Assembly: GCA_023231475.1 (NCBI GenBank)
Contig: JALJEE010002753.1
Coordinates: 1-37,770 of the forward strand
From: Seison nebaliae
Lineage: Eukaryota
Length of the DNA stretch: 37,770 nucleotides
Direction: 5' to 3'
Numbering within the stretch: the stretch's first letter is position 1; each line of letters begins with the position of its first letter. The notes under the pieces were generated by a model. That model made no database searches, was not told the origin of the DNA, and was given only the letters and a program-made list of their open reading frames with translations. A program made the position numbers and the translations under genes. Positions 1 through 11,009 of the stretch are shown here, piece by piece.

Positions 1-64
1 TAATAATCAAATAGTTGAATAATTGGTGAAGTACCATTTAGACTTGTAGTAGAATTAAAACGTC

Positions 65-137
65 GGCCGCGTGGCCCAATGGACAAGGCGTCCGACTTCG
101 AATCGGAAGATTGCAGGTTCGAGTCCTGCCGTGGTCG
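65..137 (+). tRNA. tRNA-Arg (anticodon TCG), eukaryotic, intronless
   Basis: 73-nt cloverleaf GGCCGCG-TGGCCCAATGGACAAGGCG-TCCGA CT TCG AA TCGGA-AGATT-GCAGG TTCGAGT CCTGC-CGTGGTCG. A and B boxes present, no encoded CCA, T5 run at 141-145 (Pol III terminator). Confidence 0.97.
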
Positions 138-334
138 AAATTTTTCATGTGAGTATTTTTTTTCATTTATTATTATTTCTTCTCATTATCATATGGATCT
201 TATAAATATATACTGCTAAAATATTAAAATATGGATATTAGTGAATGATACTATTTTTTAAAGATGACCCAAAAATTATTAAAGTTTCAGTAAGATGAAT
301 CTACAAGAATTATAGGAAATGAATCATCTAACCT

Positions 335-380
335 TACCGTCATGTGGGGCAAGATTAGACATTGGGGCAAAATGAGACAC
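335..380 (+). mobile_element. Possible terminal inverted repeat end of a DNA transposon (pogo/Tc1-mariner-like), orphan
   Basis: TACCGTCATG followed by a 17-bp direct repeat, TGGGGCAAGATTAGACA / TGGGGCAAAATGAGACA (15/17 identical). This GC-rich island resembles pogo-type ends. No inverted partner seen in the window. Confidence 0.4.
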
Positions 381-863
381 TTCTCAATAAGCTTCTTTCT
401 ATTGAGTATAAACCATTTTAATACTCTGTTAATTTCCTTAATATTAATTTTCAACGTGAACGTTAAGAATGCGTACTCTTGGATTTACAACTCTTGTTTA
501 TCTATTTTTATTTAGAAAAAAAGGAAGCCACTGTAAAATAATGGTAAATTTGATGCTGATTGACTAACGTAAGCTTATTTAGCCAAAAAAATTCAATTTT
601 TCCTAATTATAAGAAGCAATTAAAATTGATTATAATCTCGCTATAACCATTGCAATGTCTCCCGAATGTCTTCTCCGAACAAATTGACTGTCATTCCTGC
701 AGACATTGACAAACGGATACAAATTTTTCAACTTTTTTAAAATCAGGTGCTTTTTTAAAAATAAGTGGCGTCAAAATAGTTTAAATTAAAATGACCGAAG
801 TGAAAATAGTTTAAACTAGGTTTAAACTAAAAGAACTTAAATTGAAGTATTTTGAACAATATC

Positions 864-1170
864 AGGACAGATGACAATCGAGACAAAAAACAATAGGAAA
901 GAATAATAAAATGAACAAATAAAAATCAAATAAACTACGATTAGGACAAATTATCATCGGGACAAACAAAAAATAAGGGAAGACCTTCGACGATATTTAT
1001 TTTTTCCAATTATAAATTTGTTTAATTTTCTTTTCTTCAATTGGTTTTTATCAATCTAAAACTTATGACAACTCGGTTATCTTTTCTTCCGATTGTCATT
1101 TGTTTCGATTGTCTTTTGTCCAGATTGTCTTTCGTCCAAATTATTTTTGTTCAGATTGTCTCTTGTCCCA
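864..1170. repeat. Foldback/MITE-like element built from inverted arrays of a degenerate ~16-bp unit (GGACAAAAGACAATC)
   Basis: Left arm 864-970 has GGACAGATGACAATC, GAGACAAAAAACAAT, GGACAAATTATCATC. Right arm 1075-1170 has reverse-complement units GATTGTCATTTGTTTC, GATTGTCTTTTGTCCA, GATTGTCTTTCGTCCA, GATTGTCTCTTGTCCC. Confidence 0.6.
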
Positions 1171-1642
1171 GAAAAGTTTCCTAAAAAAGTTTTTACTAAT
1201 AAAAACTTATAAAAAGTTTTTGAGGAAAAAAGTCTAAACTAAAAACTAGTTTTTAATGTCATCCTAATCTACAATTTATATACAAATACAATCATTATTG
1301 ATTCAGAATGTTGATATTCGATAAGTTCATCCATATCCCCAACAACTTCTTCATTGACGAGAAGTTTTGATGTTAATTGAATTATTCCAAAGTTAAAAAG
1401 AAAGTTGATAGTTTATCCGGAGATTATTTCGATTCTATTTCAAATGGCAATCGATGCGATATCAGTCTTATTAGGTTATTGGATAGTAGACAGAATATCA
1501 GAAATAGATGATAATCAAGATAAAATCATTCAGGAACTTAATAACACGTGCGATTAATTTCCCGCCGATTACTTTGTTAATGAGAATAAAAGGCGTTTCT
1601 GTTCATTTTAAATTAACGTTTCCTAAAAAAAATATTTTTAGG

Positions 1643-1760
1643 AAAAGGAGTAGAAATGTCTTATCTTCTAGATTAAAGGAGTAGAACTGTCCAAAGGAGT
1701 TTTAAGGAAGTAGTAGAACACTCATTTTTTGCATAGCAACTCAAAAGGAATAGAACTACC
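1643..1760. repeat. Dispersed short direct repeat AAAGGAGTAGAA(C/A)TGTC, about 4 degenerate copies
   Basis: AAAAGGAGTAGAAATGTC, AAAGGAGTAGAACTGTC, GAAGTAGTAGAACACTC and AAAAGGAATAGAACTACC occur within ~120 bp. Confidence 0.55.
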
Positions 1761-2670
1761 GAAATAAATAATCCGGCTACCGTCAAGACCTTCTTATATG
1801 AACTTTATCTTATTTTGGAAGAGAGATGTAAATTGAACTATTATCTTCCTTATCTTCATCATCAAATATATTCGACCGTTCGACCGGATTTCGGATTAAG
1901 TTCGGGAGAATTTTATAACAATTTAAATTCCTTCAATTCCTTCAAGATTCATTATTTCCGGATGATTAACGTACTTCAATAATAGAATGTTGTGAATCCC
2001 AAAAAAACGTGTCGAGAAGTTGAGGGAAATATTGAGGGAATGAAGAGAATTTATTAAATTGATCGAGAAAGAACTGTCTTCTACAATTTCTAGAAGGCAA
2101 GAGAAGTTGATGGTTTTTACTGATGTTCGTTCATTATTTCTTTCCCATAAATATGGAGAGAGCTGTTCTTTTCAAAAACCATAAAATGTGAATGGGTGAA
2201 GGAAGTGAAAGATGGTGGTGATGGAGGAAATGTATGTATTAAGTGAAGTTTTTACATCTCTTTCCCACTTTAGAAATTGATTGTGAAAAGGAAAATTTCC
2301 GTGATTATATTGATCTTCTTCGTTGTCTTGAGGAAATGTATTTGTCAAACAGTGTTTGATGAGAAGAATATTCTGAAGAGAATGTTTATAAATATATTCC
2401 TTTCCTATGTGATCACAATCGACGACAATCAATTATGAATAATGAACTCGCTTCATAACAACAACAGCAACAACAACAACAACGACAATTATCGTTTTCA
2501 CAGTAACATTAATAAATTTAATGAATTAAATGAAATTCTTGTAAAATTTTTTCCTTTGTTTCTTCCACAAAAAACATTTTATTTAATTTCTACCTCATTG
2601 CATCATCGTTTACAATAATCGGCGTCATCTTTCAACGTGTAATTGAAACAAGAAAAATATTTTAAACGAC

Positions 2671-5094
2671 ATGGGAAATCATGAGAAGAATTCCGAGAAT
2701 CGAATCGATACCAAATGGACATGTGACAAGTGTACATATATTAATGAATTCAATAAGAATCTCTGTCGAATTTGTGAGAATGATCGAACAAAACATAAAT
2801 CTCTCGAAAAATCGAATAAAAAGAGCGATTATCATCATCATCAACAACGGAATAATCATCGATCAATTTTTCAACAGAATCTCCAAAATAAAAAATCTCA
2901 TCCCACCACCTCATCCACCCAACAACAACAAGACCAACAAACAACAACAAATAATTTATCGAGTTCGACAAGAAAGAAACTGAATGAAGCGAAATATCGA
3001 CGGAATCGTAGTCGAACAAAAGCTTCGAATATTTTATTGCAAGAACAATGTTTATCACAAATCGAATTAGATAATATTGCAAAAAGATTAAGAAGTAAGA
3101 ATAAATTGTTTGTTGATCATACTTTTCCACCAACCATCCAATCGATAATTGGAAAGGAGAATAGTAGAAATCAATCAGATAATGGACTTCCAACATATCT
3201 TCAAGATCGTATGTCTCAATCGACGAATTCAACATCACTCGTCTGGTTACGTCCTCATGAATTATCATTGGAATCTCTCACATTAATTTATCATTCATGG
3301 AAAGTGTTCCGAGATGATCTCGTACCATCAGATGTAGAACAAGGAATTCTCGGTAATTGTTGGTTCTTATCAGCTTTAGCAGTTCTCGCAGAACGACCAG
3401 ATCTAATAAGAAATATTATGTTAACAAGTGAATATAATAGTTTGGGAGCATATCAAGTCAGATTATGTCTGGATGGAATATGGAAAAGAATTATGATTGA
3501 TGATTTATTACCATGTGATAATGTCACAAGAATTCCATATTATTCAAAACCGTTAAGGAAACAATTATGGGTTCCTCTTATTGAGAAAGCAGCAGCTAAA
3601 GCATTCGGTTCTTATTCAGCGTTGATTGGTGGTTATCTCGTCGACGGTTTAGCAACTTTGACTGGAGCACCTTGTGAATCGATTGCTGTTGTACCAGATA
3701 CAGATTCCGATGTAACATTAACTTCAGATATTATTGATAATCATCTCCAAGTGATTTGGGCGAAGTTATTAAGTGCGAAAGATGCCGGTTTCTTAATGGG
3801 AATTAGTTGTGGTTTTCGTGTCACTCAACAAGTCTATGATGAAGTTGGATTACATTCACGTCACGCTTATAGTATTTTGGATGTTGTTGATATCGATCCG
3901 AAATTAGTTGATCATAATGAGAATGATGGTCCTATACGTTTGGTGCAGGTACGTAATCCATGGGGAAGAACGAAAGATAAATGGAGGGGAAAATGGAATG
4001 CGAAAGATCGAATTTGTTGGACAAGTAAAATGATCAAATTATTAGGAGATCCAAAATTATTAAATTCAGCTATTTTCTGGATATGTCTCGATGATGTATA
4101 TAAATATTTCGATTCAATAATTGTTTGTAAAGCGTATCCGAAATATAAGAAGAATGAAGGATGGCATGAAACGAGAGCAAGTGGTGCAGTTTGGTATCAG
4201 AACTTTTCTTCTAAATGTCATGTCTTTCTTCTTAACGTCTTCGAAACAACTGAAATGGAAATAACTTTATTTCAAAAACATTCTGAATATGAAGATATGT
4301 TGGATGTTGGATTTGTTGTAAATAAATTGGCGAATGAAGATCAATTGAATGAGAGAAGTAGAAATAAACGTCGAATTAATTTCGTCGGTTGTTCAGAAGT
4401 TTCACGAATCGGTGATTGTGTCATGTATTGTGGGAAACAAGTGTCTCATAGTGTCGCTAGTAGTGGCTGGTTCGATCCAGGTCAATATATTATTACTCCT
4501 ATGGCATTTAGTCAAATCATTCCGAATGGAAATAATTCTGGAAAAAAAGTTACATATCCTTTCAACATCGTTATTCATAGTAGTCAATCGATATTTCTTG
4601 ATCATGATCGTTTTCCTTCCACGCATATTGCTGATGCTGTAATTTCTTGTGCTAAACGTTTTGGAACTCCAACTTATCTGAGAGACGAAGCAACTATGTT
4701 TGCATTAATGAGATGTGCTGGTGCCATTCTGGTAACAGAGAATCGTCACAAAAGTCATTTCTTACATGTCCAAACGAATGTTAATGATGATCCTAATCTC
4801 ATTTGTTCTCGTGGTGGTTTGACATGGGTCGATTCCATTCCTCCAAATAGTCGGTTAGTTTTACTTCTCTTTTACTTTTATTTCACTTTTATCATTTCCA
4901 TCTTCAGAATGGTAATGGGCGTCTTCTCCCAAGTCAGTTTCACAGCTGGATATGTCCTACGACATCAATGTCGACATCGATTAGTTAATCGAGCTCAATT
5001 AGGCAGTGAATGGTGTCCGAATTATAATCAAGCAACTAATTCTCCAGGAATTACTAACGCCATTTCTGGTCTACATCTTCCCAGACAAATTTGA
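2671..5094 (+). CDS. CAPN15: Calpain-15 / small optic lobes (SOL)-type calpain, ~789 aa; exons 2671-4853, 4908-5094
   Basis: RanBP2-type zinc finger WTCDKCTYIN...CRICE, CysPc catalytic triad motifs QGILGNCWFLSAL / HAYS / RNPWG, and a C-terminal SOL-homology region (..DSIPP..R..SQ..; GLHLPR). An in-frame 54-nt GTT..CAG intron explains the Phe-rich insert in the ORF track. Confidence 0.9.
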   Translation: MGNHEKNSENRIDTKWTCDKCTYINEFNKNLCRICENDRTKHKSLEKSNKKSDYHHHQQRNNHRSIFQQNLQNKKSHPTTSSTQQQQDQQTTTNNLSSSTRKKLNEAKYRRNRSRTKASNILLQEQCLSQIELDNIAKRLRSKNKLFVDHTFPPTIQSIIGKENSRNQSDNGLPTYLQDRMSQSTNSTSLVWLRPHELSLESLTLIYHSWKVFRDDLVPSDVEQGILGNCWFLSALAVLAERPDLIRNIMLTSEYNSLGAYQVRLCLDGIWKRIMIDDLLPCDNVTRIPYYSKPLRKQLWVPLIEKAAAKAFGSYSALIGGYLVDGLATLTGAPCESIAVVPDTDSDVTLTSDIIDNHLQVIWAKLLSAKDAGFLMGISCGFRVTQQVYDEVGLHSRHAYSILDVVDIDPKLVDHNENDGPIRLVQVRNPWGRTKDKWRGKWNAKDRICWTSKMIKLLGDPKLLNSAIFWICLDDVYKYFDSIIVCKAYPKYKKNEGWHETRASGAVWYQNFSSKCHVFLLNVFETTEMEITLFQKHSEYEDMLDVGFVVNKLANEDQLNERSRNKRRINFVGCSEVSRIGDCVMYCGKQVSHSVASSGWFDPGQYIITPMAFSQIIPNGNNSGKKVTYPFNIVIHSSQSIFLDHDRFPSTHIADAVISCAKRFGTPTYLRDEATMFALMRCAGAILVTENRHKSHFLHVQTNVNDDPNLICSRGGLTWVDSIPPNSRLVLLLFYFYFTFIISIFRMVMGVFSQVSFTAGYVLRHQCRHRLVNRAQLGSEWCPNYNQATNSPGITNAISGLHLPRQI

Positions 5095-5200
5095 TATGGG
5101 AAGAATTCTTCTTTTTAACAATCTCATTTTTATCAAATTCATCAGTGATAATTTAATTCTTTATTTAAAATAATAAATTTTATTATATCGAAAACCAAAT

Positions 5201-5350
5201 TAGAAAACTTCAAATATTTTCATGTAGAAAAATTATCAAATTATTATGTAGAAAACTTTAAATATTTCCTTTTGGAAAATTGAAATATTTTTATGTAGAA
5301 AACTTGAAATAATTTCGTGTGGAAAATTAACAAATTTTTATTGGGAAAAT
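5201..5350. repeat. Degenerate 23-24-bp minisatellite, ~6 units
   Basis: Units begin TAGAAAAC/TGGAAAAT at 5201, 5225, 5249, 5273, 5296, 5320; consensus approximately TAGAAAACTTNAAATATTTTNATG. Confidence 0.75.
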
Positions 5351-5897
5351 TGAGAAGAATTAAAGTTTGATTTGAAATAAAAAAGGAAAAATTTTAAATG
5401 AATAGTTCAACAAATGATCTTCCTGAGAGAATGATTAAGATGCCTGAAATCCATAAACTTTTCCTTTCACCTAAAAAAATATTGAGAGAAAGAGTAAAAA
5501 TAAAATTTCCTAACCGACTCGTGCAAATTTCCAGAATAAACCTCTTAAACTCCAAAAAGAAATTGAGAAAAATTTAGAATGAAAGAACTAACCCAGTTGT
5601 ACGTGGCACCAATGTTGGAAATAGATTTTTCACATAAGCACAAGTGCATATCATGAGAATAATGACGGTAATTAAACTTTCGAAATTGAAAATGGCAGAC
5701 TAAATTAAGAAATAAAATCGATAATATTTCCATCAAGAAAAAGACAAAAGAACCATAGTTCTCTCAGAAACCGGTTGGATGACAGGAAATTATAAGAAAA
5801 TTTATTCACAATTAATTTTTTTTCTAAACTAAACTTTCAAATAATCAAATTGAAAATGTTAAGCAATTGAAATATTTTCAACAAATCTTTCTTAATC

Positions 5898-5911
5898 GTT
5901 TCTATAGGAAC
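5898..5911. promoter_or_regulatory. X-box (RFX/DAF-19 binding site)
   Basis: GTTTCT-AT-AGGAAC is a full match to the GTHNYY-AT-RRNAAC consensus, ~35 nt upstream of the ATG of the ciliary gene BBS9. Confidence 0.8.
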
Positions 5912-5945
5912 CAGATCAATAATCTTTTTATTCATCTCCTGATAG

Positions 5946-8900
5946 ATGACTTTGTTTAATCTGATAAATTTGTGGTCAGTCAAGGCTGACGTCGATTCTG
6001 ATGTCATATCACACGCAGTCTTACATCAGAATGAACGTCATTGTTTTTTAGCCACAGGTTTCATGAATGGAAAAATTTGTATTCATTCACCCGAATCAAT
6101 CAAAGATGATGAAACAGAACAATCGTCTGTTAATGATTTATTGGTAGAGAAGGACTTGAGTAATGATGGACCGTTACTCGATTTATCCTTTGGCAATTTT
6201 ACTGGAGATGTAAACGATATTTCGTTGGCTGTACTTCAATCGAAAATATTGACAATTTTCAGATTAATAAAATCTGAATTAGCAAATGGAATATTTTGTC
6301 TAGAAGCGGAACATACGAACCAATTCAAACATGATGCTTATAATTTCTGTACAGGATATTTTGGTCGGAATAAATGTTCCATTTCCATTATCATTTAATT
6401 AATAATTTTATATTGTGTTTGACAGATAAAGAATTTATTTGTGTTCAATCGATTGATGGATTACTGTTGATATATTGTCAGGGAACTTTCCACTTTCAAA
6501 ATTTCCTACCCAAATTCTTGATTCCTGGACCAATCACTTATCTACCATCCAATGATATGATTGCCACTATTTCCACCGCTTACTGTGTAGAGGCGTATCG
6601 GTTTTCATAAATTCATTTAACTTTTTCTTCAAATTTCTCGAAAAGATATCAAGATTTAGCGATGTGTACGTCAGAGGAAGGTAAAGATGAAGGTAAAGTT
6701 CTACAGGTTAAAAACCATATTTTCTTATTTACAAATTTAAAAAATTTTTAATAGTGTAACTGGTCATTGAATATAGGAGAATATGCGATAGATTTATATT
6801 CAATTGATATGGAGAATTCGAAACATCAAATTTTAATTTTAGGTTTCCTACTTCCAAATTACTTTGACCGTCATTTTATGTTGAAGGCGAACAAAATTTG
6901 TTTATGGCGAATGATGAAGGTAAATTGTTGTGGACAGTTCAACCCGAATCAAATTATCTTCACGCAATTCCTTATCGATCAAGTTTTTGATTTTTCAAAT
7001 CCTCTCCCTTTATCCATTATCTTCGTCAAGTTAATCATAAACAAGTCAATACTATTGCCATCACCGATAACAATTTACTTCATATTTTAGAAGATAAATT
7101 TGTGAAATGGTCATGCAAATTGGATGAGAACGTCTCCTCCGTCAATATCGTTCAATCGAAGTTCGATGGAAAATGGAAATTTCTTTTTTAATTTTTAAAT
7201 TTTAGAAATTTGAAGAATGTTGTTGTGACATTCAGTCCAAATGGATCAATTCATTGCTCATATTTGGGTACGGATCCTCAATTACAAACGAAAGCAGTCA
7301 AATATCGAGAAGTTGATATGTCGAATCATATAGAAAAACTGAAAACTCTCCAAAAGAAAATCAACGCAGAAAAAAATAATCCTGGTTAATTTCTTTTCTT
7401 TTTCCTTATTTAATTCTTTTAATATTTCCGTTCCATAGATAATTCAAGTTTATTATTAAACAGGAAAGATCAACAGAAGAAAATTAACTTGAAAGTAAAA
7501 CTTGAACCCGAATTGAAATCGGTTAGGAAAAGATTTATGAAAAAAGGTGAAAATTGAGAAATTTTATAGATTGACGCAACAATTTTTAGTAATTTGCCAA
7601 ACGAAATTTTATCTGTCGCCAGATATGCGACGTTACATGTTAATTTTACTTCCACTTTTTTTCCCTTAAATTTATTTGAATAGATCGAATGTCAAACAAA
7701 CGAAGTCTTATCGAAAATGATGTTGTCTATCGACGTCAAATCACCTTTAAAATGTAATCGTAGTCAAATCGTCTCTGATAGTAATTCTCCAACAATCGAA
7801 GAAGAAGTAAAGATATATTTAAATGAAATGGACATTCTCTGTAACGATTTGACAGCAACAGTCGTCGTTTCCATAACAACTACAAACGGTGGAGTATTGA
7901 GAAGAAAAGAAGAAGTGGCATTACCAATGAGATTGGTTATGGTACCATTTGCGTCGAATTTGAATTTAGAAGAAAAATTAACATTTAAATCAAATCAATC
8001 AATTCCATTACATAAACTCTTTATTGGTTTCTCCATTATTTAAAAAGGAAAATTTTAATTTTCTTTTAAGATTATCAATCATCTTCTTCTTCAACGGATA
8101 ATCGTGCAATCGGTTTCTCTTATTATAATATACCGAATTCCTCCGTAACTCTAGCATATAATCAAGGTTCGATAATTTTTTTCGATTCATCATTTAATTA
8201 TCGTTTTAGATCTCTTAAGAATCTGTAGTAATCATTTGGCATATTGTTCGTTGCCATATAAGGAATTATTGAAACGATTATCATCGAAATCATCAAATCA
8301 TGATGATTTTATGAAAGAGAATCCATTTGAATTAATTGGAACTTTTCCGTTTGCTTCGATGGAGAAATGGTTGAAGAGTTATTTGAATGATGAGAATGAA
8401 TTGAGGAGATTGGAGGAAGAGTTGAATAAAGCATCAATTCAATTTCGTGCTTTACAATTAATTACTAATAATAAAATGGAACACGCAATGAATAATAATA
8501 TGGAGAATTATGAAGGAACTTATGGAACAGCATATAATATTGTTGTGGAATGTTGTGAGAATTGTGAGAAAGTGCAAAAATTACTTTATTCAAATTATCT
8601 ACATTTAATTTCAATTTTTAATTTATTCATATCATTAATCCTTTCTGATAAACGAAATCGAATGCCGATTGAAGAGAAGAAACAATTATATCGTCAAACT
8701 CATTTGGGATGGTGGGAGAATGTGGAGGATATGAATATCGATGTTCTCATTGAAAGTATCCTCTACTATTCACTTCATGGTAGTAATAATAATAAGATAA
8801 CGAATATCTTAAAAAACAAAGTCCCAATATCGAACGATTCGTTAGAAGTTCGAAAGAAACGTCTCATGAATATCATTTCAATTATTTGGAATGCTAATGC

Positions 8901-9081
8901 TGAAGGACATATCGATGGAATAAAGAAAATTATCGAGTCGTTAACTGATCGAACTGATCGACCGATGTCGACCACTGTGGGAAAACATAATATTTCCGCT
9001 ACATCCGATTTCTCGAATTTACCACAAACCAGACCAACCACCGCTTTCGATGAGTCGATTTCATCACAAGTATTATTTTAA
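5946..9081 (+). CDS. BBS9: BBSome subunit BBS9/PTHB1, ~873 aa; exons 5946-6375, 6426-6600, 6646-6706, 6755-6842, 6887-6982, 7031-7160, 7206-7384, 7439-7521, 7570-7638, 7684-8026, 8071-8166, 8210-9081
   Basis: The spliced frame is open (2622 nt). PTHB1 motifs: MTLF..W start, ICVQSIDG, FLIPGPITY, WSLNIGE, LGEQN, HCSYLGTDP, QFRALQ, GWWE. It has 11 introns of 43-54 nt, all GTT..AG. Confidence 0.92.
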
Positions 9082-9264
9082 AATTTATTTTATAATTCCG
9101 AAAAAAAAAACGATCGTTTATGAAATTTCTCATTTTTCTTCTCCTCATTGTTTGTGAAATAAATTGAATCGGTTATTTTATGGTTTTTTTATTATTATCA
9201 TCTTTTTCTTATTTGCAATAATTTTTACACAAATTTCTCTTTCCATAATTATTTCAATAATTTA

Positions 9265-10560
9265 TCATGATGTCTGTAATCTAGACGACACTTCTCCATC
9301 TTTCGGTATTCTCTCACAACCGGTGTCAATACGAGGTGCGGCAGCTGTTCTAAACTTCAGTTTCTCATTATGAATCTTCAAAAAAGAAATAATTCATCAA
9401 AATTGAGTAAACGTTAATTAACTCTGATATTTCCGCCTTGTTGCTGATGTTTAATATTAGCCAATGAATTAATTTTTGATTCGGTTTTCCATGCAAGTTT
9501 CTCATTCATAATCTATTGAAGAAATGAAAGTTGTTAAAGAGAATTGGGAAATTTAAACTCGAATATTTCCTCCTTTCGGTGTATGTGTCTTGTTCGCTAA
9601 TGATTGGATCTTGGAATTAGCTTTCCATTGAAGTTTATCATTCAAAATCTGCATTAATGTTTGGATGATAATAGGAATTAATATCAATTTTAAATGTGTT
9701 TCTACTAAACTTGGACATTACCACCTTTAGCTTGATATGTCGAATTTTCTAAAGAGCCACATTTAGCTTTCACTTGTTTATAATCGTATTTGGGAGCATT
9801 GAATATTTGAACATTGCCACCTTTTGGAACATGTCTCACTTTCAATTTATCTAAACGGAAAGAAAAAATTAGAGTGTTTTCGAAATTTTTTTTGGATAAT
9901 TTTTTAAAAATTTTTTAAAAAGTTTTCTATGAAATTTTCTTTTTAATATTTTTTTGAATTTTTATCTAGTTTCTTTGAAGAAGTTTTAAGAAGGAATAAA
10001 AGTCGTTTTTAGTGTGGAAATGAATTTGAACATTTTATACCACCCGCTTTCGGTGGTTGGGTATTGGATGAAGTTGATTGCGATTGACGGCTCATAAATG
10101 ATTCAGACGAACAAACACTTCCTCTACTACTGAATGTTGTGGAATTTGCATTATTCTTCTCACTTTTTTCTATGCTACTCCTCGTTAATTTAGTTTGGTT
10201 GCCATTAGAATCATTCGGTTTCACTCGAAGTGTATCATAGTTTCCGTCATCGAAATTATCATACTCGATATTCATCTTCTTTAATTGTTCGCAACATTCA
10301 TCGACGTATTGTTGACAACGGCCGATGGATTGCATGTCTTCTCTCGAGTTCGCTTTCGAAATGTTTGTTGAACTAATTTGACTTTTTGAAGGAATGCGCG
10401 ATTGCTGCACACTATTTGTCGATTTGGCGGAATTCGAGAAATTAGTAGGTCGTCTTATGTGAGAAGATGTTACGGAGATGTTGCGTGATTTGGAACGTAT
10501 TCCTCCATTGAAGCGAGGTATCATCGACGAACCTGGGGCTGGCCCTGTTTGTGTAGCCAT
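9265..10560 (-). CDS. Tau/MAP2/MAP4-family microtubule-associated protein, ~319 aa; exons 10560-10032, 9850-9711, 9648-9559, 9512-9423, 9375-9265
   Basis: Translated repeats HVPKGGNVQI, VKAKCGSLEN..QAKGGNVQI, SKIQSLAN.THTPKGGNIRI, SKINSLANIKHQQQGGNIRI, followed by KLKFRTAAAPRIDTG (compare tau KLTFRENAKAKTDHG). Basic Ser-rich N-terminal region; spliced frame open (960 nt). The repeat exons are absent from the ORF track. Confidence 0.88.
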
Positions 10561-10974
10561 AACTGAAGTCTATTCCCTAACCGAATGGCACACGAATGGT
10601 TGAACGACTAAGAGATCTGGGGAAATGGTTTTTTTTCGTAGGGAATATCAATAAAAATGGAAAATTTTAAATGAGAAAAATATGGAAATTCTTTTCGGGA
10701 AGTTCCATGAAACGGTAGAATGTTGCGTGTAGATAAGGAGGTGGAAAGTTAATGAATAATGATTCGGTCGAAATGCAAATTGAATTAAAAGAAGAAAAGT
10801 TCTCCTTATTAAATTATCTAATAAATTCTGTTCGAGATTAAATGTGTTTAAGTGAATAATGGATAAGCATTGATTATTGTAACAAGAGACATAGGTAGGT
10901 CATCGACGTGATATGTCAGTTATTCAATTATGATATAATATTATCATCTAATTAATATCGAAACGAGGGAGATG

Positions 10975-10977
<3 letters not shown>

Positions 10978-11005
<28 letters not shown>
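10978..11005. repeat. (AG)14 microsatellite
   Basis: Perfect AG dinucleotide run, ~420 bp upstream of the tau-like ATG. Confidence 0.9.

Positions 11006-11009
<4 letters not shown>

Noticed and set aside
5201..5350. Periodic repeat considered as a CRISPR-like array
   Set aside because: The units are tandem and degenerate with no unique spacers, in a eukaryotic context; it is a minisatellite.
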